Shown piece after piece: positions 63,248-64,000 of a DNA stretch of 64,000 nucleotides (positions are counted from its first letter, which is position 1; every line of letters starts with the position of its first letter). The stretch comes from Candidatus Nomurabacteria bacterium (GTDB taxonomy: Bacteria > Patescibacteriota > Minisyncoccia > Phycocordibacterales > UBA918): positions 432,594 to 496,593 of the forward strand of contig CP060228.1 of NCBI GenBank assembly GCA_023898565.1. The letters run 5' to 3'. The position numbers and the translations under genes were made by a program. The notes beneath the pieces were generated by a model. It was not told the DNA's origin, did not search any database, and worked only from the letters and a program-made list of their open reading frames with translations.

Positions 63248-63847
63248 TAGAGCCGCTTCAACTTCGAGCAGTATCCGGTCAGCTGCAATTTTGTACCCAG
63301 CATCGTTGGGATGAATGAGGTCGCTCATATATTCGGCGCGGCCGATTAGTCCAGAAAGAATATTGGGTACGTAATACGTGCGGTATGTACGAGCCAAGCG
63401 TTCATATTCTTTCTCGTATTGATTGCTGTAGAGGCCACCTGGCTCGCCAACGAGGACGACAGCTGCGCCAGTGCTTTGGATGGTCTGGATAATTATTTCT
63501 AGATTGGCAAAGGTGTCTCCAACAGGAACTCGTTGAATTGCGTCATTGCCGCCGAGCAAGATAATCACTACTTTCGGATCGGCGGCAATGACAGTATCAA
63601 TACGTGCAAGACCATCAGATGTGGTGTCACCAGAAACACCGAGATTGATTACTTCTGGTTCAATCGATGTTGCTAATCGACTGGTGATGTCCTTGCCTGC
63701 TGATGATCCCATTCCGGCAGCAAGACTGTCGCCAAAGACCACTACGGTGCTGCCGGCCGTTGGGGGGAGAGGCGCTGGCGTTGGCCAGAGGAGCCAGGCA
63801 GTAAGCGCAACTGCTACGGTGAGTATGGTGAAGACTGCTTTATTCAT
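63245..63847 (-). CDS. SGNH/GDSL hydrolase (TesA/arylesterase-like), secreted
   Basis: Signal peptide. VVVFGDSLAAG (block I GDS), GGND (block III), DLIHPND (block V DxxH). Confidence 0.75.
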   Translation of the reverse strand: MNKAVFTILTVAVALTAWLLWPTPAPLPPTAGSTVVVFGDSLAAGMGSSAGKDITSRLATSIEPEVINLGVSGDTTSDGLARIDTVIAADPKVVIILLGGNDAIQRVPVGDTFANLEIIIQTIQSTGAAVVLVGEPGGLYSNQYEKEYERLARTYRTYYVPNILSGLIGRAEYMSDLIHPNDAGYKIAADRILLEVEAAL

Positions 63848-63867
63848 GTAGATAGTATGACACAAGC

Positions 63868-63898
63868 GCGGCACCCTTTGGGTGCCGCGCTTCCGCTA
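63868..63898. terminator. Hairpin
   Basis: AAGCGCGGCACCC-TTT-GGGTGCCGCGCTT. Confidence 0.5.
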
Positions 63899-63959
63899 GC
63901 ATTTATTAGCACTTCTGATATGCTGCTTGGCAGAAGAAATTTGATTGAGGAGGTTTGCC

Positions 63960-64000
63960 ATGGGAGTACACTTTCATGAAGAACAGTGTCGAAAATTTAT
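63960..64000 (+). CDS. 5' end of a gene running off the window
   Basis: GAGGAGG RBS 6 nt before the ATG (MGVHFHEEQCRKF...). Confidence 0.3.
   Translation, partial: MGVHFHEEQCRKF

Noticed and set aside
1-64000. CRISPR arrays, rRNA, tRNA, transposase/IS elements
   Set aside because: No regularly spaced direct repeats. No T-arm GGTTCGA-type motifs found by eye. No transposase-like ORF. Note that tRNA detection by eye is unreliable and a tRNAscan run is advisable.

Overview
This 64-kb window looks like a small, streamlined Gram-positive-type / candidate-phyla (Patescibacteria-like) genome at about 48% GC. Its core is the conserved translation locus (rpsL-rpsG ... fusA ... tuf-rpsJ ... rplC-rplD-rplW-rplB ... 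rpsS through rplE ... rpsZ through secY, plus infC-rpmI-rplT on the minus strand). That locus is repeatedly broken by intrinsic terminators and by inserted accessory genes: 11 kb between rpsG and fusA, 2.4 kb between fusA and tuf, 0.8 kb between rpsJ and rplC, 4.5 kb between rplB and rpsS, 0.3 kb between rplE and rpsZ, and an antisense gene between infC and rpmI. Other recognisable genes are a three-gene type IV pilin-like cluster, tpiA-pgk, a HIT protein, recJ, rnhA with a hybrid-binding domain followed by a catalytically dead RNase H-like paralog, a split ComEC (channel and MBL domains as separate genes), sodA, rpmB, an S2P/M50 protease, cmk, gmk, adk, map, ndk, an ABC-F ATPase, a GH15-like hydrolase, a dockerin-bearing secreted protein, a DUF285-repeat surface protein, a PG-binding protein with an extremely acidic repeat tail, a beta-CASP MBL ribonuclease, a split YeeE/YedE pair and an SGNH hydrolase. 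Nearly all genes end in GC-rich hairpins whose loops are the GCGAAGC-type mini-hairpin, and several families of repeated hairpin elements are present. The most unusual items are a high-GC (about 60%) single-gene island at 8.1-9.6 kb with foreign codon usage, two unannotated terminator-bounded non-coding stretches (16.2-16.6 kb and 20.4-20.8 kb) that may be ncRNAs, a 35-nt hairpin element duplicated on both sides of rpsG, and a PEP-CTERM-like protein gene antisense inside the infC operon. No rRNA, tRNA, CRISPR array or obvious transposase was found.
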